Below, piece after piece: positions 25,729 to 33,734 of a stretch of DNA of 33,734 nucleotides. Where the stretch lies: the NCBI GenBank assembly GCA_964411775.1, contig CAYPLU010000002.1, forward strand, positions 1-33,734, given 5' to 3'. The stretch's first letter is position 1; every line of letters starts with the position of its first letter. The stretch comes from an uncultured Gammaproteobacteria bacterium. Lineage in GTDB: Bacteria > Patescibacteriota > Microgenomatia > JAMCZE01. The notes under the pieces were generated by a model that was not told the DNA's origin, made no database searches, and saw only the letters and a list, made by a program, of their open reading frames with translations. The position numbers and the translations under genes are program-made.

Positions 25729-26409
25729 ATGCGTATCCTTATTATTGAGGACGAGCACAAAATTGCTAATTCTATCAAGCGGGGATTAGAGCTTGAGTCG
25801 TTTGCTGTCGACGTTGCTTTTGATGGAGAAAGAGGTTTTGATTTGGCCTCCTCCGAAACCTATGACGTAATTGTTCTTGACCTCCTCTTACCCCTTCTTA
25901 ACGGTCTGGAAATTTGCCGGAAACTCCGGACCGAACAAATTCACACCCCGGTCTTAGTGTTAACCGCCAAAGGCGAGATCGATGATAAGGTTGTCGGTTT
26001 CAACGCTGGTGCCGACGACTACCTCACCAAGCCCTTCGCCTTTGCTGAACTTTTGGCTCGCATTAGAGCTTTAACAAGACGGCCCAAAGATTCATTAGGA
26101 ACCATTCTCACTTTTGCCGACCTATCTCTTGACACCACTACTTTTACCGTTTCCCGGTCAGGAAAATCTCTCCGTCTGTCCCGAAAAGAATTTGCTCTCC
26201 TAGAGTTTTTTTTGCGCCACCCAAAGACAATTTTGACTAAAGAACAAATAATTACTAACGTCTGGAATTACGAATCAGACGTCCTTCCAAACACGGTCGA
26301 GGTCTACGTAGGCTATCTCCGCGAAAAAGTCGATAAACCTTTCAAGAACAGTAAACCGTTAATCCATACCGTTAGGGGTTTTGGATACAAACTCGACAAA
26401 AAACAATAA
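25729..26409 (+). CDS. OmpR-family response regulator
   Basis: MRILIIEDE, phospho-acceptor context VIVLDLLLP, LTAKG, LTKPF, and a C-terminal winged-helix (LSRKEFALLEFFLRHP..VEVYVGYLREKV..TVRGFGYKL). Confidence 0.9.
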   Translation: MRILIIEDEHKIANSIKRGLELESFAVDVAFDGERGFDLASSETYDVIVLDLLLPLLNGLEICRKLRTEQIHTPVLVLTAKGEIDDKVVGFNAGADDYLTKPFAFAELLARIRALTRRPKDSLGTILTFADLSLDTTTFTVSRSGKSLRLSRKEFALLEFFLRHPKTILTKEQIITNVWNYESDVLPNTVEVYVGYLREKVDKPFKNSKPLIHTVRGFGYKLDKKQ

Positions 26410-27410
26410 TGATGTTTACTAAAACCCGACTAGTATTAACAGCTTGGTATTTAATCATTATTATGTTGATCAGTTTTGCTTTCAGTCTCGTCATCTATCA
26501 GGGTGCCAAAAATGAACTGCAACGAAGCCTGAGGTTGCAAAGTCTCCGCTTTCAAAGAGAACGGGGAATCTTTCTGCCTCCTGGCATTTACCCAAAAATA
26601 AACGACGACCTCCTAATAGAACTGGACAATCGCATCAAATTAACTTTAGTTTTAATTAATCTTGGCATCTTTGCTTTTTCCGGAGCCGCCGGCTATTTCC
26701 TGGCCGATAAAACTCTAAGACCCATTGGGAAAATGCTGGATGAACAAAAACGTTTTGTCGCCGACGCTTCTCACGAACTGCGAACTCCCCTAACCGCTAT
26801 GAAAACCGAAATCGAGGTTGCCATGCGTGACAAGAACCTTGATCTAAATTCTGCCAAGCAGCTACTAAAAAGCAATTTGGAAGAAACAAATAAAATGCAG
26901 GCCCTCTCAAACTATCTTCTGACGCTAAGTAAATATCAGACCGGTAATTTTCCCTTAAAAAGGGAAACGGTTGACTTACGGGCAGTCGTTCAAAAAACCG
27001 TCGACAAACTATCTTTAATTGCTTCAAAAAAACACCTCCGGCTGATCATTAGGGTTAAAAAAACCACTCTTAAAGCTAACCCCGAAAGTTTAACTGAGCT
27101 AGTTAGTATTCTCGTTGACAACGCCATCAAGTACAGTTTCCCTAAAAACAAAGTGACCATTTCAGCTGAGCAAGCCGGAACGGCGACCACCTTATCCATT
27201 CATAATTTTGGGACTAATATTAAACCCGCTGACCTCCCCCACATTTTTGATCGATTTTATCGGGCCGATTCTTCAAGGAGTAAATCAAAAGCCCAAGGCT
27301 ACGGTCTCGGACTTTCCATCGCCAAAGAAATCATCGACCTCCACGGGGGGTCGATCAGTGTCGAAAGCGCACCCGGGTCAGGAACGGCTTTTAAAGTTAA
27401 ATTTTTTTAA
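26409..27410 (+). CDS. sensor histidine kinase (HisKA/HATPase_c)
   Basis: Two N-terminal TM helices, H-box FVADASHELRTPLT, N-box DNAIKYS, and G-boxes HNFGTNI and GYGLGLSIAKEIIDLHGG. The start overlaps the regulator stop (TAATG). Confidence 0.9.
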   Translation: MMFTKTRLVLTAWYLIIIMLISFAFSLVIYQGAKNELQRSLRLQSLRFQRERGIFLPPGIYPKINDDLLIELDNRIKLTLVLINLGIFAFSGAAGYFLADKTLRPIGKMLDEQKRFVADASHELRTPLTAMKTEIEVAMRDKNLDLNSAKQLLKSNLEETNKMQALSNYLLTLSKYQTGNFPLKRETVDLRAVVQKTVDKLSLIASKKHLRLIIRVKKTTLKANPESLTELVSILVDNAIKYSFPKNKVTISAEQAGTATTLSIHNFGTNIKPADLPHIFDRFYRADSSRSKSKAQGYGLGLSIAKEIIDLHGGSISVESAPGSGTAFKVKFF

Positions 27411-27453
27411 CTAAGCTCATTCTCAGAATTCGTCAATAAGCTCTGAACCGATT

Positions 27454-28698
27454 ATGAACAAAATAATGTCACTTCTAAAAAATAAACGGCTGATCACTTT
27501 TATCGTGGTCGCCTTCTTTATCATTGGCCTCCTCGCTTGGAAGCAATTTTTCGGAATAAATACCTCTATTAAATATCAAACCGCAACAGTCCAAAGGGGA
27601 GTTTTAGTTTCATCAGTTTCTGCTTCGGGACAAATGATCACGACAAACATCGTCAGTGTGGCCACCCAGGCAACCGGAACCATTAAAGAGGTTTTTGTCA
27701 AAGACGGCGATCAGGTAGTCGCCGGTCAAAAAATCATGGAAATTAATCTCGACGGAGCGGGACTCGCCAAAAACGCCGCTGCTTATTCTTCCTATCTTTC
27801 TGCCCAAAATTCCTTAAATTCGGCAAGGTCAAAACAAGACTCCCTTCAATCCGCTCTTTTTAAAGCCAATCAAGCCTTCATTACCGACAAAGGTATCCCC
27901 AATCCCAGTGACGCTGATAAACTCAACCCAAAATACATTGAAGAAAATGCTGAGTGGCTCGCCGCCGAAGCTGACTATAAAAATCAGCAGAACGTCATTG
28001 CTGCCGCCCAAAGCGCCCTAAATAGCTCCTGGCTTTCATACACCCAAACTTCAAATATTGTCACCAGTCCGATAAGCGGTACGATTACAAATATCACCTA
28101 TGTTGCCGGCATGGTCATTAGCCCTACGACCGGATCTAGTTCTACCAGTCAAAACATTCAGCGCGTTGCCGTAGTAAAAAATGACAGTACCCCCAACGCT
28201 TCCGTCGATATTTCCGAAATCGATGTCTACAAACTCAAAAATGGCCAGGCAGCCTCCCTCACGCTTGACAGTATCCCAGGCAAAACATTCACCGGAAAAG
28301 TAATTAGTGTCGACCGAATTGGCTCTGTCACTAGTAACGTCACCAACTATCCGGTAATTATCCAGTTTGACACTGACAGTCCGCAAATCCTTCCTAATAT
28401 GGCCGTGTCTGCCAATATTATTGTGTCTACTAAAAGCAACGTTTTACTTGTTCCCTCGATTGCCGTTCAAACGTTAGGTAGAAAAAACCTCATTACCATT
28501 CTCAAAAACGGTCAACCAAAATCTGTAGTCGTTAAAATTGGTGACCAATCCGATTCCGAAATCGAAATCACTTCCGGTCTCAACGAGGGCGACATTGTTG
28601 TTACTGGAACCACTTCCTCCTTAGCCACTCAAACCACCGGGCAAAGATCAGTGTTTGGCGGTACCAATTTTACTTTTGGAAGCAGGCGGGCCAACTAG
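27454..28698 (+). CDS. efflux membrane-fusion (periplasmic adaptor, HlyD/MacA-like) protein
   Basis: N-terminal TM anchor, lipoyl-like hairpin GTIKEVFVKDGDQVVAGQKIMEI, a coiled-coil middle section, and a beta-barrel (FTGKVISVD...). Confidence 0.8.
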   Translation: MNKIMSLLKNKRLITFIVVAFFIIGLLAWKQFFGINTSIKYQTATVQRGVLVSSVSASGQMITTNIVSVATQATGTIKEVFVKDGDQVVAGQKIMEINLDGAGLAKNAAAYSSYLSAQNSLNSARSKQDSLQSALFKANQAFITDKGIPNPSDADKLNPKYIEENAEWLAAEADYKNQQNVIAAAQSALNSSWLSYTQTSNIVTSPISGTITNITYVAGMVISPTTGSSSTSQNIQRVAVVKNDSTPNASVDISEIDVYKLKNGQAASLTLDSIPGKTFTGKVISVDRIGSVTSNVTNYPVIIQFDTDSPQILPNMAVSANIIVSTKSNVLLVPSIAVQTLGRKNLITILKNGQPKSVVVKIGDQSDSEIEITSGLNEGDIVVTGTTSSLATQTTGQRSVFGGTNFTFGSRRAN

Positions 28699-28709
28699 TT
28701 ACTGGTAAA

Positions 28710-29411
28710 ATGATTCACCTTTCGCATATTTCCAAAATCTACGAAAACGACGTCACTAAAACTATTGCCCTAGAAGACATTAACTTTGGCATTTCAAAGG
28801 GGGAGTTTGTCGCTATCATGGGCCCTTCCGGATCGGGAAAATCGACCCTAATGCATATTCTTGGAGCCCTAGACAAACCAACTCAGGGAACCTACCTCCT
28901 TGATGATCAAAATGTTGAAAAACTTAGTGATGACAAATTGGCCGATATTAGAAACCGGAAAATTGGCTTTATCTTTCAAGCCTTTAATCTTCTCCCCAGA
29001 ACCTCAGCTCTCAAAAACGTCATGCTCCCGATGGCCTACTCTGGCGTCCCAAAACCGGAACGGGAAAGAAAAGCTCGCGAGTTTCTCACCAGAGTTGGTT
29101 TAGGAGACCGAATAAATCACACCAGTAGTCAGCTCTCTGGTGGTCAACAGCAACGGGTTGCCATTGCCCGCGGACTAGCCATGAATCCTAGTATTCTTTT
29201 GGCTGACGAACCAACGGGAAATATTGCTTCCGGTCAGGCCGAAGAAATTATGGCCATTTTTCAAAACCTAAACGACGACGGACACACAATTGTCATGATC
29301 ACCCATGAACCAGACATTGCCGCCCATGCCAGGCGAATTATTCATATTAAGGACGGCCGAATAATTAAAGATGAGAAAAATACTCGGCAGCGCCGGGTAA
29401 TAAAAAAGTAA
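28710..29411 (+). CDS. ABC transporter ATP-binding protein (MacB/LolD type)
   Basis: Walker A GPSGSGKST, signature LSGGQQQRVAIARGL, Walker B ILLADEPTGN, H-loop ITHE. Confidence 0.92.
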   Translation: MIHLSHISKIYENDVTKTIALEDINFGISKGEFVAIMGPSGSGKSTLMHILGALDKPTQGTYLLDDQNVEKLSDDKLADIRNRKIGFIFQAFNLLPRTSALKNVMLPMAYSGVPKPERERKAREFLTRVGLGDRINHTSSQLSGGQQQRVAIARGLAMNPSILLADEPTGNIASGQAEEIMAIFQNLNDDGHTIVMITHEPDIAAHARRIIHIKDGRIIKDEKNTRQRRVIKK

Positions 29412-29414
29412 TCC

Positions 29415-30635
29415 ATGGAACTGACCGAAATCATCCTGGAAGCCCTAAGTACTCTAACTGTAAACAAACTCCGGACCGGCTTGGCGACTCTTGGCATTGT
29501 TATTGGCATTGGTAGCGTCATTGCTCTTATTTCTCTTGGTCAAGCCAGTCAACAATCCATCCAAAACCAAATCCAATCTCTGGGATCAAATCTTTTAACT
29601 GTTACTCCCAATTTCCAGCAGGCCGGCGCCGTTCGCTCAGGTAATAGTGTTACTTCCCTTACCCTTGAAGATGCCAAAGCTATTGCTGCTTCAACCCGAA
29701 TATCGACCATTAAAAGTGTTTCACCCGAATATCAAAGTCGGGCCCAGATCACCGCCGGCCGAAACAACACCAATACCCAATTAATTGGTGTTACCGCTAC
29801 ATACTCTCTCGTTCACAAAGTTACTCTTTCAAAAGGTAATTTCATTTCAGATAACGAAGTAAATTCTCTTTCTCGGGTAATTGTTCTTGGCCCCCAAACA
29901 AGTGCTGACCTTTTCGGAAAAGGAGTTAACCCGGTGGGAGAACAGGTAAGAGTCCACGGCGTTGCCATGAAAGTCATCGGTGTAATTACCGCCAAGGGCG
30001 GTTCGGGATTTTTAAATCAGGATGACCGCGCCTTTATTCCCCTAACAACCGCCCAAAAAATCGTCTTTGGCTCCACCAACATTTCATCCATCTCCGTTGA
30101 GGCCAAATCGGCCCAAGTCATGACCACCGCCCAAGACCAGATCGGCTATTTTCTTCTCGCCCGTCACAAGCTGACCGATCCTACTAAAGCCGATTTTCTT
30201 GTTCTATCACAAGAAGATATCCTAAACACCGCCTCACTAGTTACCGGTACTTTCACCGCTCTGTTATCCGGAATTGCCGCCATATCTCTAATTGTTGGCG
30301 GCATTGGGATTATGAACATAATGCTCGTGACCGTCACCGAAAGAACCAGAGAAATTGGTCTTCGAAAAGCCTTGGGGGCCAAGAAAAAAACGGTTATTAC
30401 CCAATTCCTAGTTGAATCAATTATTCTCACGATCATGGGCGGCATCATTGGCATGATCCTTGGAATTGTCACTTCGTTTGCCATCTCAACTTTAATCAAG
30501 CTTCCGTTTACGATTTCCCTTCAGGCCATTGGCCTTGCGTCGGGAGTTTCCGGAGCAATTGGTATTCTTTTTGGCTGGTATCCGGCTAGAAAAGCAGCCA
30601 ACCTACAACCGATTGAGGCCCTCCGCTACGAGTAA
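29415..30635 (+). CDS. ABC transporter permease (MacB-like periplasmic core plus FtsX domain)
   Basis: 406 aa. N-terminal NKLRTGLATLGIVIGIGSVIALISLG, a large extracytoplasmic domain, and a C-terminal FtsX module ERTREIGLRKALGAKK. Confidence 0.88.
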   Translation: MELTEIILEALSTLTVNKLRTGLATLGIVIGIGSVIALISLGQASQQSIQNQIQSLGSNLLTVTPNFQQAGAVRSGNSVTSLTLEDAKAIAASTRISTIKSVSPEYQSRAQITAGRNNTNTQLIGVTATYSLVHKVTLSKGNFISDNEVNSLSRVIVLGPQTSADLFGKGVNPVGEQVRVHGVAMKVIGVITAKGGSGFLNQDDRAFIPLTTAQKIVFGSTNISSISVEAKSAQVMTTAQDQIGYFLLARHKLTDPTKADFLVLSQEDILNTASLVTGTFTALLSGIAAISLIVGGIGIMNIMLVTVTERTREIGLRKALGAKKKTVITQFLVESIILTIMGGIIGMILGIVTSFAISTLIKLPFTISLQAIGLASGVSGAIGILFGWYPARKAANLQPIEALRYE

Positions 30636-30645
30636 TCAGACTTTC

Positions 30646-31836
30646 TTAAGCTCCTTCTTCGTTACTAACAAGATCAAGCCTGACAATCTTCATAATCACC
30701 AGAATTTGCAAAATCAACTTTGTGATATTTTCAATTATCTGTCGCTGCCAATAAACTACCCCGTAAACCATTACTAGGAGAACAAAACCAATAATCGTGT
30801 TTGCTAAAAATCCCGTGTCCCGGGGAAGAAACAAAAACGAGGGAAACAAAATAAAACCGTGAGACACATAAACTAGGAGGGAATTTTGACCAAACTTTAA
30901 AAGCACGCCATTAAAAAGCTCTGATAAGGAGCGCTCTCTTTTTCTGAAAAAAATCAATAGGGCAGCAAACCAAAGCCCGGACAAAAAAAGCCTAATTGGC
31001 GGCAGCGAGTTTTTATCAAACCAGGCCGTCTGAATTGGAAAATAAAAATCTTTTGCCGTCGTCAAAAAACCCAAAATTGTTGGCGGTAAATTCAAAACCC
31101 ACGAAGTCCGAAAGATCGTCCAAATTCCAAACACAAAAAAGACGCTAACTAAAAGAGTCGTAATGGCTGCCACAAAAAGTCCGCCTGTCAAAATCCTTTT
31201 GGACCTTGCGGGTAATTCAACAAAAAATTTTTCAATTCTTAAGAAGTAAAATCCGGTAAGAATTCCGCCAATAAACAATGTCTGCCAAGCCAAGTAAAAA
31301 TTATTACCCCGGATAACCCACACCGCCGATGAAAGAATTAAAACCGTCAGGATATATTTTTTTGAAATCAGCCACAAACAAATTGGGGCAAAAAACATAA
31401 AGACCGCCTAAAACGGCAGGAAATCCGCCCAACCGTAAACATATTGCAGGATAAAAACCTTAGTAAACATTAATAAGGGGTCATATCCAAGCGGCCAAAT
31501 TCCCGTCTTTACTTCCGTTGAATTTAAAATCCAACCCCAGGCGGTGAAAAGAATTGTCAAACCAATCGAAAGCAAATAAAGTTTCACCGCCCGCTTCCAA
31601 ATTTTTTTAAAAACTGCTTGGGGATTCGTTCGTATCTGTGACTTATAAATATAACCAACCAAAAGACCGGAAATAATAAAGAACCCTTCTGCCGCTGACA
31701 CCCAAAGTTGTCCTCGCCCCGTAAAAATCTCAAAAAGGCTCGGAAATCGAAATAGGTGATCAATGATAATGACCACGAGAAAATATCCTCGCAAGAGGTC
31801 CAAAGCCAAAATTCTGGAAGTTTTTTCCGGCATCAT
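30646..31836 (-). pseudogene. OpgC-like membrane acyltransferase interrupted by one in-frame TAG (31408-31410)
   Basis: ORFs 31408-31836 (LALDLLRGYFLVVIIIDHL, OpgC-like N-terminus) and 30646-31398 are in the same frame. Reading through the TAG gives ..DFLPF*AVFMFFAPICLW.., a continuous hydrophobic helix, and a normal ~396-codon length. Confidence 0.6.
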
Positions 31837-31842
31837 AGAATT

Positions 31843-32808
31843 TTAGTCGAAAATCCTTAAGTTTTGCTTAAGAAGTTCTTCCGCTTCCGAAACCGAGTTG
31901 CATTCCATCAACTCTTGTCTTACTTTATTGGCCCCGTCAAAATTCCGCACATACATTTTGAAGAACTTTTTCATAATATGAAAGTTCTTAGTTTTTCCCC
32001 AGGTTCTTTCAAAAAGTTGTAGGTGAGTTACTAAAACTTTCAGATACTCATCTTTTAAATGCACCGCTCCAACCGCCGTTTTTTCAAACGCCCACGGGTT
32101 TGAAAAAATACCTCTACCAATCATCACCCCGTCAACTCCGTATTTTTTGTGAGCATTGAGTGCTTCAGGATAATTATTAATGTCTCCGTTCCCAACAACA
32201 ACCGTCTCTTGCGAAAGAGTGTTTTTCAGCTCGACCGCTTTTTGAATTTCCCGCCAGTCAGCCGGAACGGCGGACATCTGCTTGGCGGTTCTCCCATGAA
32301 CTATGAGAGCTGCCAGCTTTTGCGAAAGCAAAAACCCGATCCACTCCTCTGTCACCACTTTGCCAATCCCAATACGGGTTTTAACGCTCACCGGTAAATT
32401 ACCGGATCCCTCACAAACAGCCTGAATTATCTCAATAGCCAGTGTTTTATTCTCGATTAGTCCCGCCCCGCACCCCCTCTTAATTACCTGTCTTTCCGGA
32501 CAACCCATGTTAATATCCACCCCATCAAACCACATCTGAGAAACAGTTTTACTTGCTTTAAAAAAGTTCTCCGGGTTGTTCCCCCAAATTTGGGCAACAA
32601 TCGGTCGTTGCCCCTCACTAAACTTCAGCTTTTGCCGCGTTCGTTCATGTTTGTCAAATACAATCCCATCAACGCTGGTAAATTCCGTAAAGAAAACGTC
32701 CGGGCGGGGAAGAGTCAAAAACATTTCCCGAAACACAAAATCCGTCACTTCCTCCATCGGGGCAAGAACCACAAATGGCCGTTGAAGCTTAAGCCAAAAA
32801 TTTGCCAT
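31843..32808 (-). CDS. dus: tRNA-dihydrouridine synthase
   Basis: VLAPMEEVTDFVFREM, DINMGCP, VSVKTRIG and IVHGRT motifs. I prefer the ATG at 32808 over the GTG at 32832. Confidence 0.85.
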   Translation of the reverse strand: MANFWLKLQRPFVVLAPMEEVTDFVFREMFLTLPRPDVFFTEFTSVDGIVFDKHERTRQKLKFSEGQRPIVAQIWGNNPENFFKASKTVSQMWFDGVDINMGCPERQVIKRGCGAGLIENKTLAIEIIQAVCEGSGNLPVSVKTRIGIGKVVTEEWIGFLLSQKLAALIVHGRTAKQMSAVPADWREIQKAVELKNTLSQETVVVGNGDINNYPEALNAHKKYGVDGVMIGRGIFSNPWAFEKTAVGAVHLKDEYLKVLVTHLQLFERTWGKTKNFHIMKKFFKMYVRNFDGANKVRQELMECNSVSEAEELLKQNLRIFD

Positions 32809-32909
32809 GATGGATTTTAACCTACAAACCACTCACCGAACAAAAAAGACATTGAGCGAGCATCTTCTCCTGAGGATTCAACAGTCTAATATTCTTCGAA
32901 TCGGTCTGT

Positions 32910-33404
32910 CTAATTTAGATGGATCCCAAAATAGGCCACTAATAAATATCTGAAAACTATATTCGGGTGACGAAAAAGATTTTGGAGTACGATTTTCCTA
33001 GTTCCAATTTGTGGAAAATCAGCATTGACCGGCTCTTTTAAATCTCTAAGCGTATCTCTGAGCCAAATCGGCACAGTGGGTGGGGTTAATTCAGGCAATT
33101 GCTTTATGGGCAAAAAAGCCACAGCACTGGATTCGTTGCTTGTTCTTGCCTTACCACCCACAAGAGCGCATTCAAACACATAACCAACATCTTTATTTAA
33201 CTTCGTGTAGATGCCTACCAACCTTTTAGCTTTGACTATGTAGCCAGATTCTTCCTCCGTTTCTCTTATGGCGGCGTCTTCTAGTTTTTCGTTCAGTTCG
33301 ATTCCACCACCCGGAAATACTCAAACCGGGACGTCTCGTCGTTTAACCATTAAGACGCGTGTTTTATCCTGGCTAAATACTATCGCGTGTGCACCATTCG
33401 CCAT
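32910..33404 (-). pseudogene. NUDIX hydrolase interrupted by one in-frame TGA (33321-33323)
   Basis: From the ATG at 33404 the frame reads MANGAHAIVFSQDKTRVLMVKRRDVPV*VFPGGGIELNEKLEDAAIRETEEESGY... The Nudix box GX5EX7REUXEEXGU is intact, and the frame continues to the TAG at 32910. Confidence 0.65.
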
Positions 33405-33604
33405 ATTAATTTGAATGATAGGCCTAACCTCAGGCTAATTGAATTATTTTAATTATAACCCCAACGGGGGTCCTGTCGGAATAATCGTGAGAACGAGGTA
33501 ATGTTCTAACCGCGAATTCATTATTTAAATTGCCTAAATCTATTTCGAATCTACGTTGCTGACGACTTGGGACTATGTTCGGAATAGGTATGATTCTAGT
33601 GGTT

Positions 33605-33733
33605 TTAGGTTGCCCTTGTTAAACATCCACTATTTCCTTTTAACAATTGGTTCGTTTCAATTATACTATCTGCGATGACTGGTATTGTATTTGCCCTTCT
33701 TTGTGCAATCTTTATAGCTTTTTCACAATTAGC
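33605..33733 (-). CDS. 3' end of an unidentified ORF running off the window
   Basis: Open frame from the window edge, ..ANCEKAIKIAQRRANTIPVIADSIIETNQLLKGNSGCLTRAT, ending at TAA (33605-33607). No recognisable motif. Confidence 0.3.
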   Translation of the reverse strand, partial: ANCEKAIKIAQRRANTIPVIADSIIETNQLLKGNSGCLTRAT

Positions 33734-33734
33734 A

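Noticed and set aside
32833-32909. Intrinsic terminator between the NUDIX gene and dus (T-run TCTTTTTTG on the minus strand)
   Set aside because: The T-run is not preceded by a convincing GC-rich stem. Only a 4-bp AAGA/TCTT pairing is available.
33490-33507. AGAAC-N8-GTTCT inverted repeat as a LexA box
   Set aside because: The spacer is 8 nt, not the 4 nt of the GAAC-N4-GTTC consensus. The element is not found at lexA, uvrB or uvrA, so there is no support for SOS linkage.
1-33734. Alternative genetic code (UGA as Gly or Trp, as in some CPR lineages or code 4) to explain the in-frame TGA in the NUDIX gene
   Set aside because: TGA is the terminal stop of several normal-length genes here: DedA at 5183, DUF360 at 15715-15717, secG at 15959-15961 and polyprenyl synthase at 25039-25041. 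TAG and TAA are also used as ordinary stops. No other gene in the window needs recoding.
1-33734. CRISPR arrays, tRNA/rRNA genes, transposases, integrases, prophage or toxin-antitoxin modules
   Set aside because: I looked for repeat-spacer periodicity, T-arm GGTTCGAATCC-like motifs with flanking stems, and recombinase or transposase motifs in all listed ORFs. None was found.

Overview
The window is a compact, almost entirely coding stretch of bacterial chromosome. Gaps are mostly under 50 nt, several gene pairs overlap, and G+C looks moderate by eye. I saw no rRNA, tRNA, CRISPR array, transposase or integrase. The style (small overlapping genes, a large NHL/PKD surface protein, membrane-anchored orphan binding protein, shortened repair proteins) fits a reduced-genome uncultivated bacterium such as CPR/Patescibacteria, but that is inference only.

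Gene content, left to right:
- Carbon metabolism and housekeeping: phosphohexomutase, PEP synthase, GT2 glycosyltransferase, rsmI, DedA-family protein.
- A DNA-repair block: lexA divergent from uvrB, then uvrA, an unknown secreted/anchored protein, and a short uvrC.
- DUF360 membrane protein, secG, a family-5 substrate-binding protein and a ~970-aa NHL/PKD surface protein.
- Acyltransferase-3, gpmA, eno, an AlkD-like DNA alkylation repair protein, a polyprenyl synthase and an alpha/beta hydrolase.
- An OmpR/HisKA two-component pair followed by a MacA/MacB-type efflux trio.
- An OpgC-like gene interrupted by an in-frame TAG, dus, a NUDIX gene interrupted by an in-frame TGA, an AT-rich spacer and a partial ORF at the edge.

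I did not find a clear multi-gene novel system such as a defence island. The points most worth a second look are:
- the 568-nt gene-free gap between dedA and lexA, which holds a GC-enriched, hairpin-rich ~270-nt island with a 16S-like motif;
- the two in-frame stop codons in otherwise intact genes near the right end;
- the unknown anchored protein wedged between uvrA and uvrC;
- the unidentified LexA operator.

All functional calls rest on motif recognition in the supplied translations. No database search was run.
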